A stretch of DNA of 64,000 nt, from contig JAQURX010000001.1 of assembly GCA_028715415.1 (NCBI GenBank), positions 90,584 to 154,583 on the forward strand, in the 5' to 3' direction. A program made the position numbers and the translations under genes. Shown here piece after piece: positions 29,901 to 39,022 of this stretch. The number at the start of each line of letters is the position of its first letter. Positions within the stretch are counted from its first letter, which is position 1. Origin of the DNA: Candidatus Omnitrophota bacterium (GTDB taxonomy: Bacteria; Omnitrophota; Gorgyraeia; Gygaellales; Profunditerraquicolaceae). A model generated the notes under the pieces. It saw only the letters and a list, made by a program, of their open reading frames with translations. It ran no database searches and had not been told where the DNA came from.

Positions 29901-31064
29901 ATGGTTTTATATAATTCATTAGAAGAATATCGGGTTTGTAAATACTGTATTATGGATACAAGCGATCCTGAAATTATTTTTGATGAAGAGGGGAGATGTA
30001 GCCATTGCAAGCGGTATTTTCATATTGCGCAAGAGAGAATATTGCCTGATGACGAGCTTAAAATCCGCCTTGGCGCGCTCGTTGAGAAAATAAAAAATAA
30101 GGGTAGAGGAAGAAAATATGATTGTCTAATTGGGGTAAGCGGTGGAGTAGATAGCACTTATGTAGCTTATATCGTTAAGAAACTCGGATTACGTCCTCTT
30201 GCAGTGCATCTTGACAATGGATGGGATTCTGAGTTAGCGGTTAAGAATATCGAGCTTACCTTGAAAAAGTTAGGGATTGATTTGTTTACTTATGTATTAA
30301 ATTGGGAAGAATTTAAAGATCTTCAGCTATCTTTTTTAAAGGCGTCGACTCCTGATTTAGAAATACCTACTGATCAAGCAATTATCGCTTCGTTGTTTTT
30401 TGTCGCAAGCAGAAACCGTATTAAATATATACTTTTAGGTGAAAATGTCGTTACTGAAGCAATTATGCCTAAGCGGTGGTCATCCGGCCAAAGCGATTGG
30501 AAGTATATAAAGAATGTACATAAGAAATTCGGGAAATTTAAGCTAAAAAGGTACCCATACTTTAGTTTTTTTAAAAGATTGTACTATTTTTATTTAAAAT
30601 GCCATGTTATCAATATCCTTAATTACATCCCGTATGATAAAAATGAGGCAATAGACATATTAGAGAAAGAAATCGGTTGGAAAAATTATACTTCTAAGCA
30701 TTATGAGTCTATTTATACGCGTTTCGTTCAAGGGTATATTCTACCCAAGAAATTTGGTTTTGACAAGCGAAGGGCGCACTTATCAACTCTTATTTGTTCT
30801 GGCCAGATGTCAAGAGAGCGCGCATTGGAAGAAATTGCTAAAGACCCGTATTCTTCAGGAGATCTTAAGCGGCAAGATTTTAATTATGTAGTAAAGAAGC
30901 TGGGCTTGACCGAAGGAGAATTTGAGAGACTTTTAAGCTTGCCTATAAAGAAGTTTGATGATTATCCTTCGTATGCAAGTTCATCATTTTATAGAATAAT
31001 TAGGTTTCTTGAGTTGAACAAAACAATCAAGGCTTGGGTTCAGATGTTTTTAGGGCGGCGTTAA
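29901..31064 (+). CDS. N-acetyl sugar amidotransferase (WbuX/PseA/WbpG family; PP-loop ATP pyrophosphatase)
   Basis: CKYCIMDTSDPEIIFDEEGRCSHC zinc ribbon followed by CLIGVSGGVDSTYVAYI PP-loop; pairs with the adjacent HisF-like gene. Confidence 0.75.
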   Translation: MVLYNSLEEYRVCKYCIMDTSDPEIIFDEEGRCSHCKRYFHIAQERILPDDELKIRLGALVEKIKNKGRGRKYDCLIGVSGGVDSTYVAYIVKKLGLRPLAVHLDNGWDSELAVKNIELTLKKLGIDLFTYVLNWEEFKDLQLSFLKASTPDLEIPTDQAIIASLFFVASRNRIKYILLGENVVTEAIMPKRWSSGQSDWKYIKNVHKKFGKFKLKRYPYFSFFKRLYYFYLKCHVINILNYIPYDKNEAIDILEKEIGWKNYTSKHYESIYTRFVQGYILPKKFGFDKRRAHLSTLICSGQMSRERALEEIAKDPYSSGDLKRQDFNYVVKKLGLTEGEFERLLSLPIKKFDDYPSYASSSFYRIIRFLELNKTIKAWVQMFLGRR

Positions 31065-31081
31065 GAATATGGTAAAATCTC

Positions 31082-32038
31082 ATGGATAATATTAACTGTA
31101 TTTTTTGTAATATTCCTAGTGATATAATTAGTGTTGAAGAAAATGGGTATCAGGCAAAAGAATGCCCTAAATGCGGATTGGTGTATATATCACCACGTCC
31201 CGAAAGAATAGCTTTGAAGGAATTATACCAGCACGACCGGGCTCATGTATCTGCGAGAGGCCATTTTTCCGATATTAAAATGCCTCGATTACATGAATTA
31301 CATCATTTAAAAATAATCAAAAAGTTTAAATCTTCCGGTGCTCTGCTTGAAATTGGCCCTGGGGCAGGCACTTTTCTTGAGGAAGCAAAGAAAAAAGGCT
31401 TTAACGTGTTTGCCGTAGAGCCGAATCCTTTGCAAGCCAAGTATATAGAAAATAAATTAAATATTACATGTCAGATAAGCGATATCTGTAATGCTTCTTT
31501 TTGTGAAAATACTTTTGACATAATCTATCATAGGGACGTAACAAGTCATTTTTACGATCCTATTGCTTCATTTAAGAAGATGCATAGCTTACTTAAAGAT
31601 GATGGTATCCTGGTTTTTGAAACAGGATTTTACGGATCTCCTAAATATATGCCTCTTTTTCTAAACCATCAATTTCCCGACCATTTGTTTACTTTTAGTG
31701 AAAAGAGTATCCGGAATTTATTGGACAAAGCTGGCTTTTCTGAGACAGTAAGTTATGTTTATTCTTCTGTCCCGATGCTCTTTTTTAAGAAATTGATACA
31801 TCCAATTATCGATTCTGTTAAGAAAAACAAAACTCGAGGCGGTACTTCTTCTAAATTAAAGAAAATAGTTTATAAAGAGAGCGTAAATCAGGAGTATAGC
31901 AAATTCTTAATTATTTTGAAAAGATGGTATTTTAGAATATGCCATTTTTTAATGTACCATGTTGGATATTTAAGCAAAAAGTCCGATAGGCCACGCAAAA
32001 TATTATTAGTTGCCCGCAAAATGGTGAATACAAAATGA
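31082..32038 (+). CDS. Class I SAM-dependent methyltransferase with N-terminal zinc ribbon
   Basis: CIFCN...CPKCGL, then LLEIGPGAGTFLEEA (motif I) and DIIYHRDV. Confidence 0.65.
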   Translation: MDNINCIFCNIPSDIISVEENGYQAKECPKCGLVYISPRPERIALKELYQHDRAHVSARGHFSDIKMPRLHELHHLKIIKKFKSSGALLEIGPGAGTFLEEAKKKGFNVFAVEPNPLQAKYIENKLNITCQISDICNASFCENTFDIIYHRDVTSHFYDPIASFKKMHSLLKDDGILVFETGFYGSPKYMPLFLNHQFPDHLFTFSEKSIRNLLDKAGFSETVSYVYSSVPMLFFKKLIHPIIDSVKKNKTRGGTSSKLKKIVYKESVNQEYSKFLIILKRWYFRICHFLMYHVGYLSKKSDRPRKILLVARKMVNTK

Positions 32039-33519
32039 AAATTTTATTAATAAGGCCGCCAATTGCTTTTGCGGATAGAAATGCGATAACAAAAAGAGAG
32101 ATTTTCTTACCTCCGGTTGGGTTATCTTATATTGCATCTTTTCTTAAACAGAACAACTTTGATTCTGTTAAGGTGGTTGATCTGTCTTCGGAAACACTAG
32201 AATATACTAGGAAGTTCTTTGTAAATACCCAAGCTGATTTTGTAGGCATAAGTTCGTTGACTGGCCAGCATTTGGAAGCTTTTACCATTGCTCGGTTAGC
32301 GAAGGAATTTATAAAAACAAATCCTGTCGTTGTGTTTGGCGGGCCACACGTCAGTGCCGAAGGTTTGGATGTTCAAATTATGGAGAATATTCCCTATATT
32401 GATTTTATCGTAAGAGGAGAAGGGGAAATCACAGTTCTTGAGCTTATTAAGGCTCTTAGGGATAGGAATTCTTTTGAGGATATAGACGGTATAACAATGC
32501 GCAGGAAAGATAAGAGTATTTTCCGTACTAAAGATCGCGCTCCAATTTCTAACCTTGATATTTTGCCGTTTCCTGATTACTCCGAATATGATTTTAGTGT
32601 AAAGAATAATTCTTTTGATGGGCATCATTTTATTAAGAGTAAGGCAGGTAATGATCAAGCGTTTCGTTACGCCCCGATTATCAGCTCGAGAGGCTGTCCA
32701 TATGATTGTCAATTTTGTTCCCAATTTTGGGGGAAAAATGTCCGTATGAGGAGCCCTGAGAATATTTTTGCAGAGATGACGAATTTTTACAATGAAAGAA
32801 AAATTACTCATTTTACTTTTCTTGATGATTGTTTTAATGTTTCGATCCCGCGCATAAGAAAACTGTGCCAATATATTATTAATGGAAATATGCCTTTTAC
32901 ATGGACCGCGGTTGGGAGGGCGAATTTTATTACAGAAGAATTATTATGCGATATGAAGAAAGCTGGATGTGTGGGGATTGATTTTGGCGTTGAGTCCGGA
33001 GATCCCGGAATACTTAATACCATTAATAAAAAGATTTCTATACAAACTATAGAGCAGGCTTTTGCTTTAACGAGGAAATACGGGCTTCGTTCAAAAGCCC
33101 TGCTAATGGTGGGTAATCCAGGAGAAACAAAAACGAGTATCAATAATACAATTAAGCTCCTTAAGCATGCTCTACCAGATACTATTGATGTTGCTCCGAT
33201 TAAAATTTTCCCGAATTCACATTTGCATCGCCTAGCATTAAAACAAGGCTTGATTGCCCAAGACTATTGGTTGACTCATTCTTCTTCCCCTTATTATACG
33301 GCGGAGTATACGGCTGACCAATTGCGCTATCTTAGGCTTAAAGTTATTTTAGGTTATTACCTTGCTAAAAAGAATATTTCTATGGCAATAAAATTATCAT
33401 TGTTGATATTGGGAGTAAGTTTTATCATTTCTACGGGCAAATCTATTGACTCAATACGAGATGTGTTGCTTAAGATTCCTTGCATCGGTTTTATTTTAAG
33501 GAAATTCAAAACTGTTTAA
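32035..33519 (+). CDS. B12-binding-domain radical SAM enzyme (class B), paralog of 17895-19436
   Basis: N-terminal B12-like Rossmann region (VVVFGGPHVSA); SSRGCPYDCQFCS (CxxxCxxC). Confidence 0.7.
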   Translation: MKILLIRPPIAFADRNAITKREIFLPPVGLSYIASFLKQNNFDSVKVVDLSSETLEYTRKFFVNTQADFVGISSLTGQHLEAFTIARLAKEFIKTNPVVVFGGPHVSAEGLDVQIMENIPYIDFIVRGEGEITVLELIKALRDRNSFEDIDGITMRRKDKSIFRTKDRAPISNLDILPFPDYSEYDFSVKNNSFDGHHFIKSKAGNDQAFRYAPIISSRGCPYDCQFCSQFWGKNVRMRSPENIFAEMTNFYNERKITHFTFLDDCFNVSIPRIRKLCQYIINGNMPFTWTAVGRANFITEELLCDMKKAGCVGIDFGVESGDPGILNTINKKISIQTIEQAFALTRKYGLRSKALLMVGNPGETKTSINNTIKLLKHALPDTIDVAPIKIFPNSHLHRLALKQGLIAQDYWLTHSSSPYYTAEYTADQLRYLRLKVILGYYLAKKNISMAIKLSLLILGVSFIISTGKSIDSIRDVLLKIPCIGFILRKFKTV

Positions 33520-33527
33520 TTAAAATT

Positions 33528-34865
33528 ATGAATAAGGTGTTAGTTATAGCATATAGTTTTCCTCCAGTAGGAGGAGGCAGAGTGATGCGGACCTTAAAAT
33601 TTGTAAAATATTTTTCATCGTTTGGCTGGGAGAGTATTGTTCTAACGGTAAAAAAGCCGATCGTGCAATATTACGATACTACTCTTTTAAAGGAAATACC
33701 TTTTGCTGTAAGGGTGATTAGGACTTTATCTCTAGAGTTTGATTGGAACAAAGTTATTTTTGGTAGAAAACATTATAAAGATAATCCGCTCCTTTGTTCT
33801 AAAAAAATAATAAAACCATCCTTTATTGGAAAGATTGTTAAAAGATTAAAATGGTGGTTTTCTTTTCCGGATTCGCGGACGGGTTGGATTCCGTTTTGTA
33901 TTTTTAGCGGATATAAGCTTATAAAAAAAGAAAAAATCGACGTTATTTACGTAAGCGCAGAACCATTTTCAGCGTTTATTTCAGGTGTTTTGTTGAAGAA
34001 GCTTACCGGTAAGCCGTTGGTGCTTGATTTTAGAGATGAATGGGTTGGTTTTTCCAAGTATTATTTTCCGGAAAAACCAATGTTACTTCTTAAGATTGAG
34101 AAAATTCTTGAAGCATGGTTTATAAAGAATGCTGATAAAGTGATATCAGTGACTGATTCAATCATCGCCCAATTTAGGGAACGTTACCCGAAAGAAGATA
34201 AAGATAAATTTAGTTGTGTTACGAACGGTTTTGACCCTTCGGACTTTAACGTAAAAGTTGAGAATAAAGAAAATACATATAATAATTTATTTACAATTGT
34301 TTATGCGGGTTCTCTTTATGGAGCTCGCAATCCAATGAGTTTCTTAGAAGCAATTAATCGTTGCATAGCGATAAAACCGGATTTCTTGAGAAAAATTAAA
34401 ATTAAATTTATCGGTGAAATGCCGCCTGATATATTCGATATAATTAATCGTTTACCCTCCATGAATAGCATTATTGAAATGACAGGTTTTGTTTGTCATG
34501 AGGCAGCATTACAGCAAATGGCCAAAAGCGAAGCCTTGCTTTACATAGAAGATGAATCTTTAGTATCTTCTCGAATACTTCCCGCAAAGATCTTTGAATA
34601 TATGGCTCTACGGGTACCTATTATTGCTCTTGCTGGCAAAGGAGAAGTTAAAAAGGTTATTGAGGAAACCGGGACAGGGGTTGTTTTCTCACATCAAGAT
34701 ATCGATTCTATTTCAGATTATCTTTTTTCTTGCTTAGATTATTTTGAAAAGAAACAGCCGCACCTTGTAGTAAAAATTAATGATTCGATTGATCGATTTT
34801 CGAGAATAAAAACAGCCTTGCAATTAACGCAAATTTTTTCTCAACTGTCCAATCATGATAAATAA
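33528..34865 (+). CDS. Glycosyltransferase (GT-B, GT4-like)
   Basis: MNKVLVIAYSFPPVGGGRVMRTLKF N-terminus is typical of GT4; the ATG at 33528 is preferred over the track start inside the upstream gene. Confidence 0.55.
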   Translation: MNKVLVIAYSFPPVGGGRVMRTLKFVKYFSSFGWESIVLTVKKPIVQYYDTTLLKEIPFAVRVIRTLSLEFDWNKVIFGRKHYKDNPLLCSKKIIKPSFIGKIVKRLKWWFSFPDSRTGWIPFCIFSGYKLIKKEKIDVIYVSAEPFSAFISGVLLKKLTGKPLVLDFRDEWVGFSKYYFPEKPMLLLKIEKILEAWFIKNADKVISVTDSIIAQFRERYPKEDKDKFSCVTNGFDPSDFNVKVENKENTYNNLFTIVYAGSLYGARNPMSFLEAINRCIAIKPDFLRKIKIKFIGEMPPDIFDIINRLPSMNSIIEMTGFVCHEAALQQMAKSEALLYIEDESLVSSRILPAKIFEYMALRVPIIALAGKGEVKKVIEETGTGVVFSHQDIDSISDYLFSCLDYFEKKQPHLVVKINDSIDRFSRIKTALQLTQIFSQLSNHDK

Positions 34866-36120
34866 TCATAAAATGAATGGTCAAATTCTAAGATTGGCTG
34901 TGATAGTTGTTGTTGCTATAATTGTACGTATTGTTTGTTTTTTATATTATCAAGCACATTCTGGTATAGAGCCGTTTGAATATGAAATAATTGCTGAGAA
35001 CTTAATTCAAGGAAAAGGTTTTATAATAGGAGTCCATGGTGCAATTCAAAGGGCTGCTATTGCTCCAGTGTATCCGGCCTTATGCGCAATTATCTATTTG
35101 CTTTTGGGGCATCATCATTCACTGGTTATATTTCTTCAAATAGCTTTTAATGCTGGTATCTGTATTGTAATTTTTTCTATCGCAAGAAGAATATTTGATT
35201 TAAAATGTGCTTATTTTTCAGCAATACTTGTGGCTTTGCATCCAGGAATGATTATCTATTCTGCTACTAAATTACATTCACTCTCTTTTTACTCATTTCT
35301 TATTTGTGGTTCGATTCTTTTGTTAGTTATCTCTCTTAAGAGAAATAAGCTGAGTCATAAAATTATTTTAGGTATTCTTTCCGGTATTTGCGTGCTCGAG
35401 CGGGCAACTTTTTTGCCATTTTTTGTTTTGGCTTGGGTTTGGCTTTTATACTATTCTATTGATAAAAAAGAAGCTAAGAATACGATCATCATTAGTATAA
35501 TTTCAGTGATACTTATAGTTTCTCCATGGGTTATCCGTAATACTATAATTTTTAAGCGTTTTGTTTTTATCCAAACAAACCAGTGGTGGGGATTTTGGGC
35601 TGGGAATAACCCAAAAAGTTCAGGAACGCTCTATATGCCTTCGGGAAAAACAGCTATTGAAGAAAGTCCAGAAGAATTTCATAAAAAGCTATTTTCTCTT
35701 GACGAAATAGGCCAGATGGAGCTTTTCAAGACAACAGCCCTTACTTTTGTCAGAAAACATCCTGTTAAGTTTGGTATTCTTACAGCAAAAAAGTTTTATT
35801 ATTTTTGGTGGTTTTCTCCTCAAGCTGGGTTTTTGTATCCGTCAGCTTATCTTGCCTGGTATAAAATTTATTATTCTGTAGTTTTATTATTTTCGATTAT
35901 TGGATTGATTGTGGCGTTTTATATTAAGATCGCACGGCCTTTAATAAATTTAATATTGTTACTTTTTATTTCAAATTCAATTTTACATAGTTTTTATTAT
36001 CTAGAGGGAAGGCACCGTTGGAGTATGGAACCCCTATTGTTTATATTCTTTTCGTTTGGCTTCTTTAAAACTTCAGTATACATAAGGAAATTAATATACA
36101 ATGTTAGAAAACGAAATTAA
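34855..36120 (+). CDS. GT-C-fold membrane glycosyltransferase (ArnT/PMT-like, GT39/GT83-type)
   Basis: Polytopic membrane protein; the N-terminal region with YYQAHSGIEPFEYEIIAENL and a loop-embedded acidic motif resembles ArnT/PMT. Confidence 0.5.
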   Translation: MINNHKMNGQILRLAVIVVVAIIVRIVCFLYYQAHSGIEPFEYEIIAENLIQGKGFIIGVHGAIQRAAIAPVYPALCAIIYLLLGHHHSLVIFLQIAFNAGICIVIFSIARRIFDLKCAYFSAILVALHPGMIIYSATKLHSLSFYSFLICGSILLLVISLKRNKLSHKIILGILSGICVLERATFLPFFVLAWVWLLYYSIDKKEAKNTIIISIISVILIVSPWVIRNTIIFKRFVFIQTNQWWGFWAGNNPKSSGTLYMPSGKTAIEESPEEFHKKLFSLDEIGQMELFKTTALTFVRKHPVKFGILTAKKFYYFWWFSPQAGFLYPSAYLAWYKIYYSVVLLFSIIGLIVAFYIKIARPLINLILLLFISNSILHSFYYLEGRHRWSMEPLLFIFFSFGFFKTSVYIRKLIYNVRKRN

Positions 36121-36841
36121 TAGGAAACGGAATGAAATAGCTCATTTTGAAGCTTTACATGCTTCTAAAAAAGCTACCTGGTGGGGGAATACTACTATTG
36201 CTGGAAAAGAGAGGAAGAAAAGAAGGTTAGAAATTATTTATGATTTTATTCAGCCGGTCAAAGGAATGCGAATACTTGAAATAGGGTGTGGTGATGGAAT
36301 AGATTCCTGGTTTTGGGGTAAAACAGAAGCAAATTTTGTTTCAATGGATATTTGCTATGATTTAGTTGTTTCTGCAAAAAGAAATAACAATGGAAAGAAT
36401 ATTTTATTTCTTGTAAATGATGCAGAATGTTTTGCTTTTCCTGATGAATCCTTTGATGCAGTTGTAGGTAATTCTGTGCTTCATCATCTGCAAGTTATTC
36501 CCGCTTTAAGAGAAATTAAGAGAGTACTTAAGAAAAATGGGAAAATTGCGTTTTGTGAACCTAACATGTTTAACCCGCATGTATACTTGGAAAGAAAATT
36601 TCCTTTTATTGGGAAACGGTTTGGTATTTCTCCGAGTGAAACGGCATTTGTGCGCAAAATATTGAAGAAGCAGATGGAGGATTGTGGTTTTAGCTCTGTA
36701 AATATTGAACCTTTTGATTTCTTGCATCCTGCTACTCCAAAAGCATTAATAAAAACAGTTAAAGTAATGGGAGAATTCTTAGAAAAAAAATCATTTATGA
36801 GAGAAATCGCTGGGTCTTTAAGTATAAAAGCGTTTGCTTAG
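36101..36841 (+). CDS. Class I SAM-dependent methyltransferase
   Basis: ILEIGCGDGIDS (motif I), VGNSVLHHL. Confidence 0.7.
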   Translation: MLENEINRKRNEIAHFEALHASKKATWWGNTTIAGKERKKRRLEIIYDFIQPVKGMRILEIGCGDGIDSWFWGKTEANFVSMDICYDLVVSAKRNNNGKNILFLVNDAECFAFPDESFDAVVGNSVLHHLQVIPALREIKRVLKKNGKIAFCEPNMFNPHVYLERKFPFIGKRFGISPSETAFVRKILKKQMEDCGFSSVNIEPFDFLHPATPKALIKTVKVMGEFLEKKSFMREIAGSLSIKAFA

Positions 36842-36929
36842 AGGGATTTTTATAATGAGGGGATTAAAGTAAGATGAGAAAGTTATTAGCATTTTAGGCA
36901 GTTGTAGTTTTGGAAAAGAGGGGGTTGTT

Positions 36930-37586
36930 ATGAGTATTCGCGAAAAGTTAATTCTGTCTCCCAAAATCAAGGAAATCAGATTTATAGATAAAGATTTGTA
37001 TAATTTGACAAAATTAGTTTATTCGCCGCTTACTGGATTGTTTTACCGTAAAAGATATGATATGATTACGGAGTTTTTAGGGAGTAACTATGATGCGATT
37101 CTTGAAATAGGTTTTGGGCCGGGGATTTTTGTTCCTACGCTTGCTAAAAGATGTCGTAGGCTTTATGGTGTTGATGTACATCAGGATATATCAAAAGTGA
37201 GTACTGTTTTACGTAAAAGCGTTAGCAATTTTATTCCTTTATGGGGAGATTTAAGGTGCATGCCGGTAAAGAATAATTCTTTTGATGTGATAATTTGTCA
37301 AAGCGTACTGGAACACATTGAAGACTTAAAAGCGGCGTTTGAAGAGATGGAACGAGTTATTAAAGATGACGGTATTATAATTTTAGGTTTCCCTTTAAAA
37401 AATATTGTAACAAAATCATTGTTTGCTCTTATCGGTTATAATGATTCTGATATTCATCCCTCTAGTCATTCGGATATTTTAAATCATGCTTTAAGTTCCT
37501 TTACTCTTAAAGCCCAGCATTATTATCCAGTATGGCTAAGCGATCTGGGTTTATATTACACGGGAGTTTTTAAAAAAAAACAATGA
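36930..37586 (+). CDS. Class I SAM-dependent methyltransferase
   Basis: ILEIGFGPGIF (motif I), DVIICQSVLEHIEDL. Confidence 0.7.
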   Translation: MSIREKLILSPKIKEIRFIDKDLYNLTKLVYSPLTGLFYRKRYDMITEFLGSNYDAILEIGFGPGIFVPTLAKRCRRLYGVDVHQDISKVSTVLRKSVSNFIPLWGDLRCMPVKNNSFDVIICQSVLEHIEDLKAAFEEMERVIKDDGIIILGFPLKNIVTKSLFALIGYNDSDIHPSSHSDILNHALSSFTLKAQHYYPVWLSDLGLYYTGVFKKKQ

Positions 37587-38956
37587 AAAAACAAAAAATA
37601 TGTAGTTATTTTGATTCTTTAGCCGATCATTACGATAGGGTTACAGGAAGGTTTTCTTATTACCATAACTTTTTACGAGATTTTTATTGTTCAATCATTC
37701 CTGCTCAAAAAACGGTTTTAGAAATAGGATGTGCTACAGGTATTTTACTCGATGCGATCAAACCAAGAAGAGGTGTTGGTCTTGACATAAGTGGTTGTAT
37801 GGTTCGAAAGGCAAAACAAAAATATCCGCACCTTGAATTTTATCAAAACGATCTTAAAGAATTCAACAGTAAAGAACGGTTTGAATATATAGTTCTTTCA
37901 AACATTTTGGATTATGTTGATGATTTAATATTATTTTTTACTAATCTTAAGCAGCATCTTCGATATGATACAAAGATTGTTATTACCTCTGTAAATCCTA
38001 TTTGGCAGCCAGTTATAAAGTTGTTAGAAATATGCAGATTAAAAGTTCGTGATCCACACAGGCATTTTGTAACCAATCTTGATGTTATTAATATTCTTAC
38101 TTTACTTGATTATGATGTAGTTGAAAAAGGGTATCGGCTTATTTTGCCTTTATCAATACCTATAGTAAGTAATTTTATTAATAAAATATTCTCGCGTGTT
38201 CCCGTTATCAATAATTTATGTCTTATGCAATATGTAGTTGCTAAATCAAAAGTTGCGTTACCAGAACTTTCTTGTTCTATTGTAGTTCCCTGTTTTAATG
38301 AAGAAGAGAATATTGCAGCTTGTATTGAGGCTATTCCTGAGCTTGGAGTTCGGACAGAAATAGTTGTTATTGATGATGGATCCACTGATAAAACAGCGGA
38401 AATTGTGAAAAGAATGCAATCAACCATAAAAAATTTGAAGTTAGTCTCATATCCGCATAATAGAGGCAAAGGCGGGGCTCTCAAGGAAGGTTTTAATTAT
38501 TGTAGTTGCGATGTTATAATAATTCTCGATGCCGATATGTCGGTTGGGCCTGAAGAGTTAAAACATTTTTTTGTTCCTATTCAAGAAGGTAAAGCGGAGT
38601 TTATTAATGGGACTCGGATGGTGTATCAAATGGAAAATAAAGCAATGAATTTTATCCGATTTTTCGGAAACAAATTTTTTGGTATAATTGTAAGTCTTAT
38701 AATCGGCCAAAGGAATACAGATACGCTTTGTGGTACAAAATCATTTTTACGTAGTTACCTGCCGAATATTAAAATGGGCAGATGTAAATGGGGAGATTAT
38801 GACCTTTTGTTTGGAGCTGCAAAGAATAAAATGAAAATAATGGAAATGCCTATACATTACCAGACTAGAAAAGCGGGAAAATCAAAGATGAAACTTTTAA
38901 AGGACGGCATCCATTTTCTTAAGGTATGTTATTGGGGGATAAATGAAGTTTTGTAA
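37583..38956 (+). CDS. Fusion of SAM methyltransferase (N-terminal) and GT2 polyprenyl-phosphate glycosyl synthase-like domain (DPM1/ArnC-like)
   Basis: VLEIGCATGILLDAI (MT motif I) in residues about 40-60; SIVVPCFNEEENI...VVIDDGSTDKT and ILDADM (GT2 DxD) in the C-terminal half. Confidence 0.7.
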   Translation: MKKQKICSYFDSLADHYDRVTGRFSYYHNFLRDFYCSIIPAQKTVLEIGCATGILLDAIKPRRGVGLDISGCMVRKAKQKYPHLEFYQNDLKEFNSKERFEYIVLSNILDYVDDLILFFTNLKQHLRYDTKIVITSVNPIWQPVIKLLEICRLKVRDPHRHFVTNLDVINILTLLDYDVVEKGYRLILPLSIPIVSNFINKIFSRVPVINNLCLMQYVVAKSKVALPELSCSIVVPCFNEEENIAACIEAIPELGVRTEIVVIDDGSTDKTAEIVKRMQSTIKNLKLVSYPHNRGKGGALKEGFNYCSCDVIIILDADMSVGPEELKHFFVPIQEGKAEFINGTRMVYQMENKAMNFIRFFGNKFFGIIVSLIIGQRNTDTLCGTKSFLRSYLPNIKMGRCKWGDYDLLFGAAKNKMKIMEMPIHYQTRKAGKSKMKLLKDGIHFLKVCYWGINEVL

Positions 38957-39022
38957 AAAAAGGTAACTGTCGAAGATTTAAATGGAAAGGTCGCTTGGTT
39001 GGTTTGGGGATATAAAAAATAA

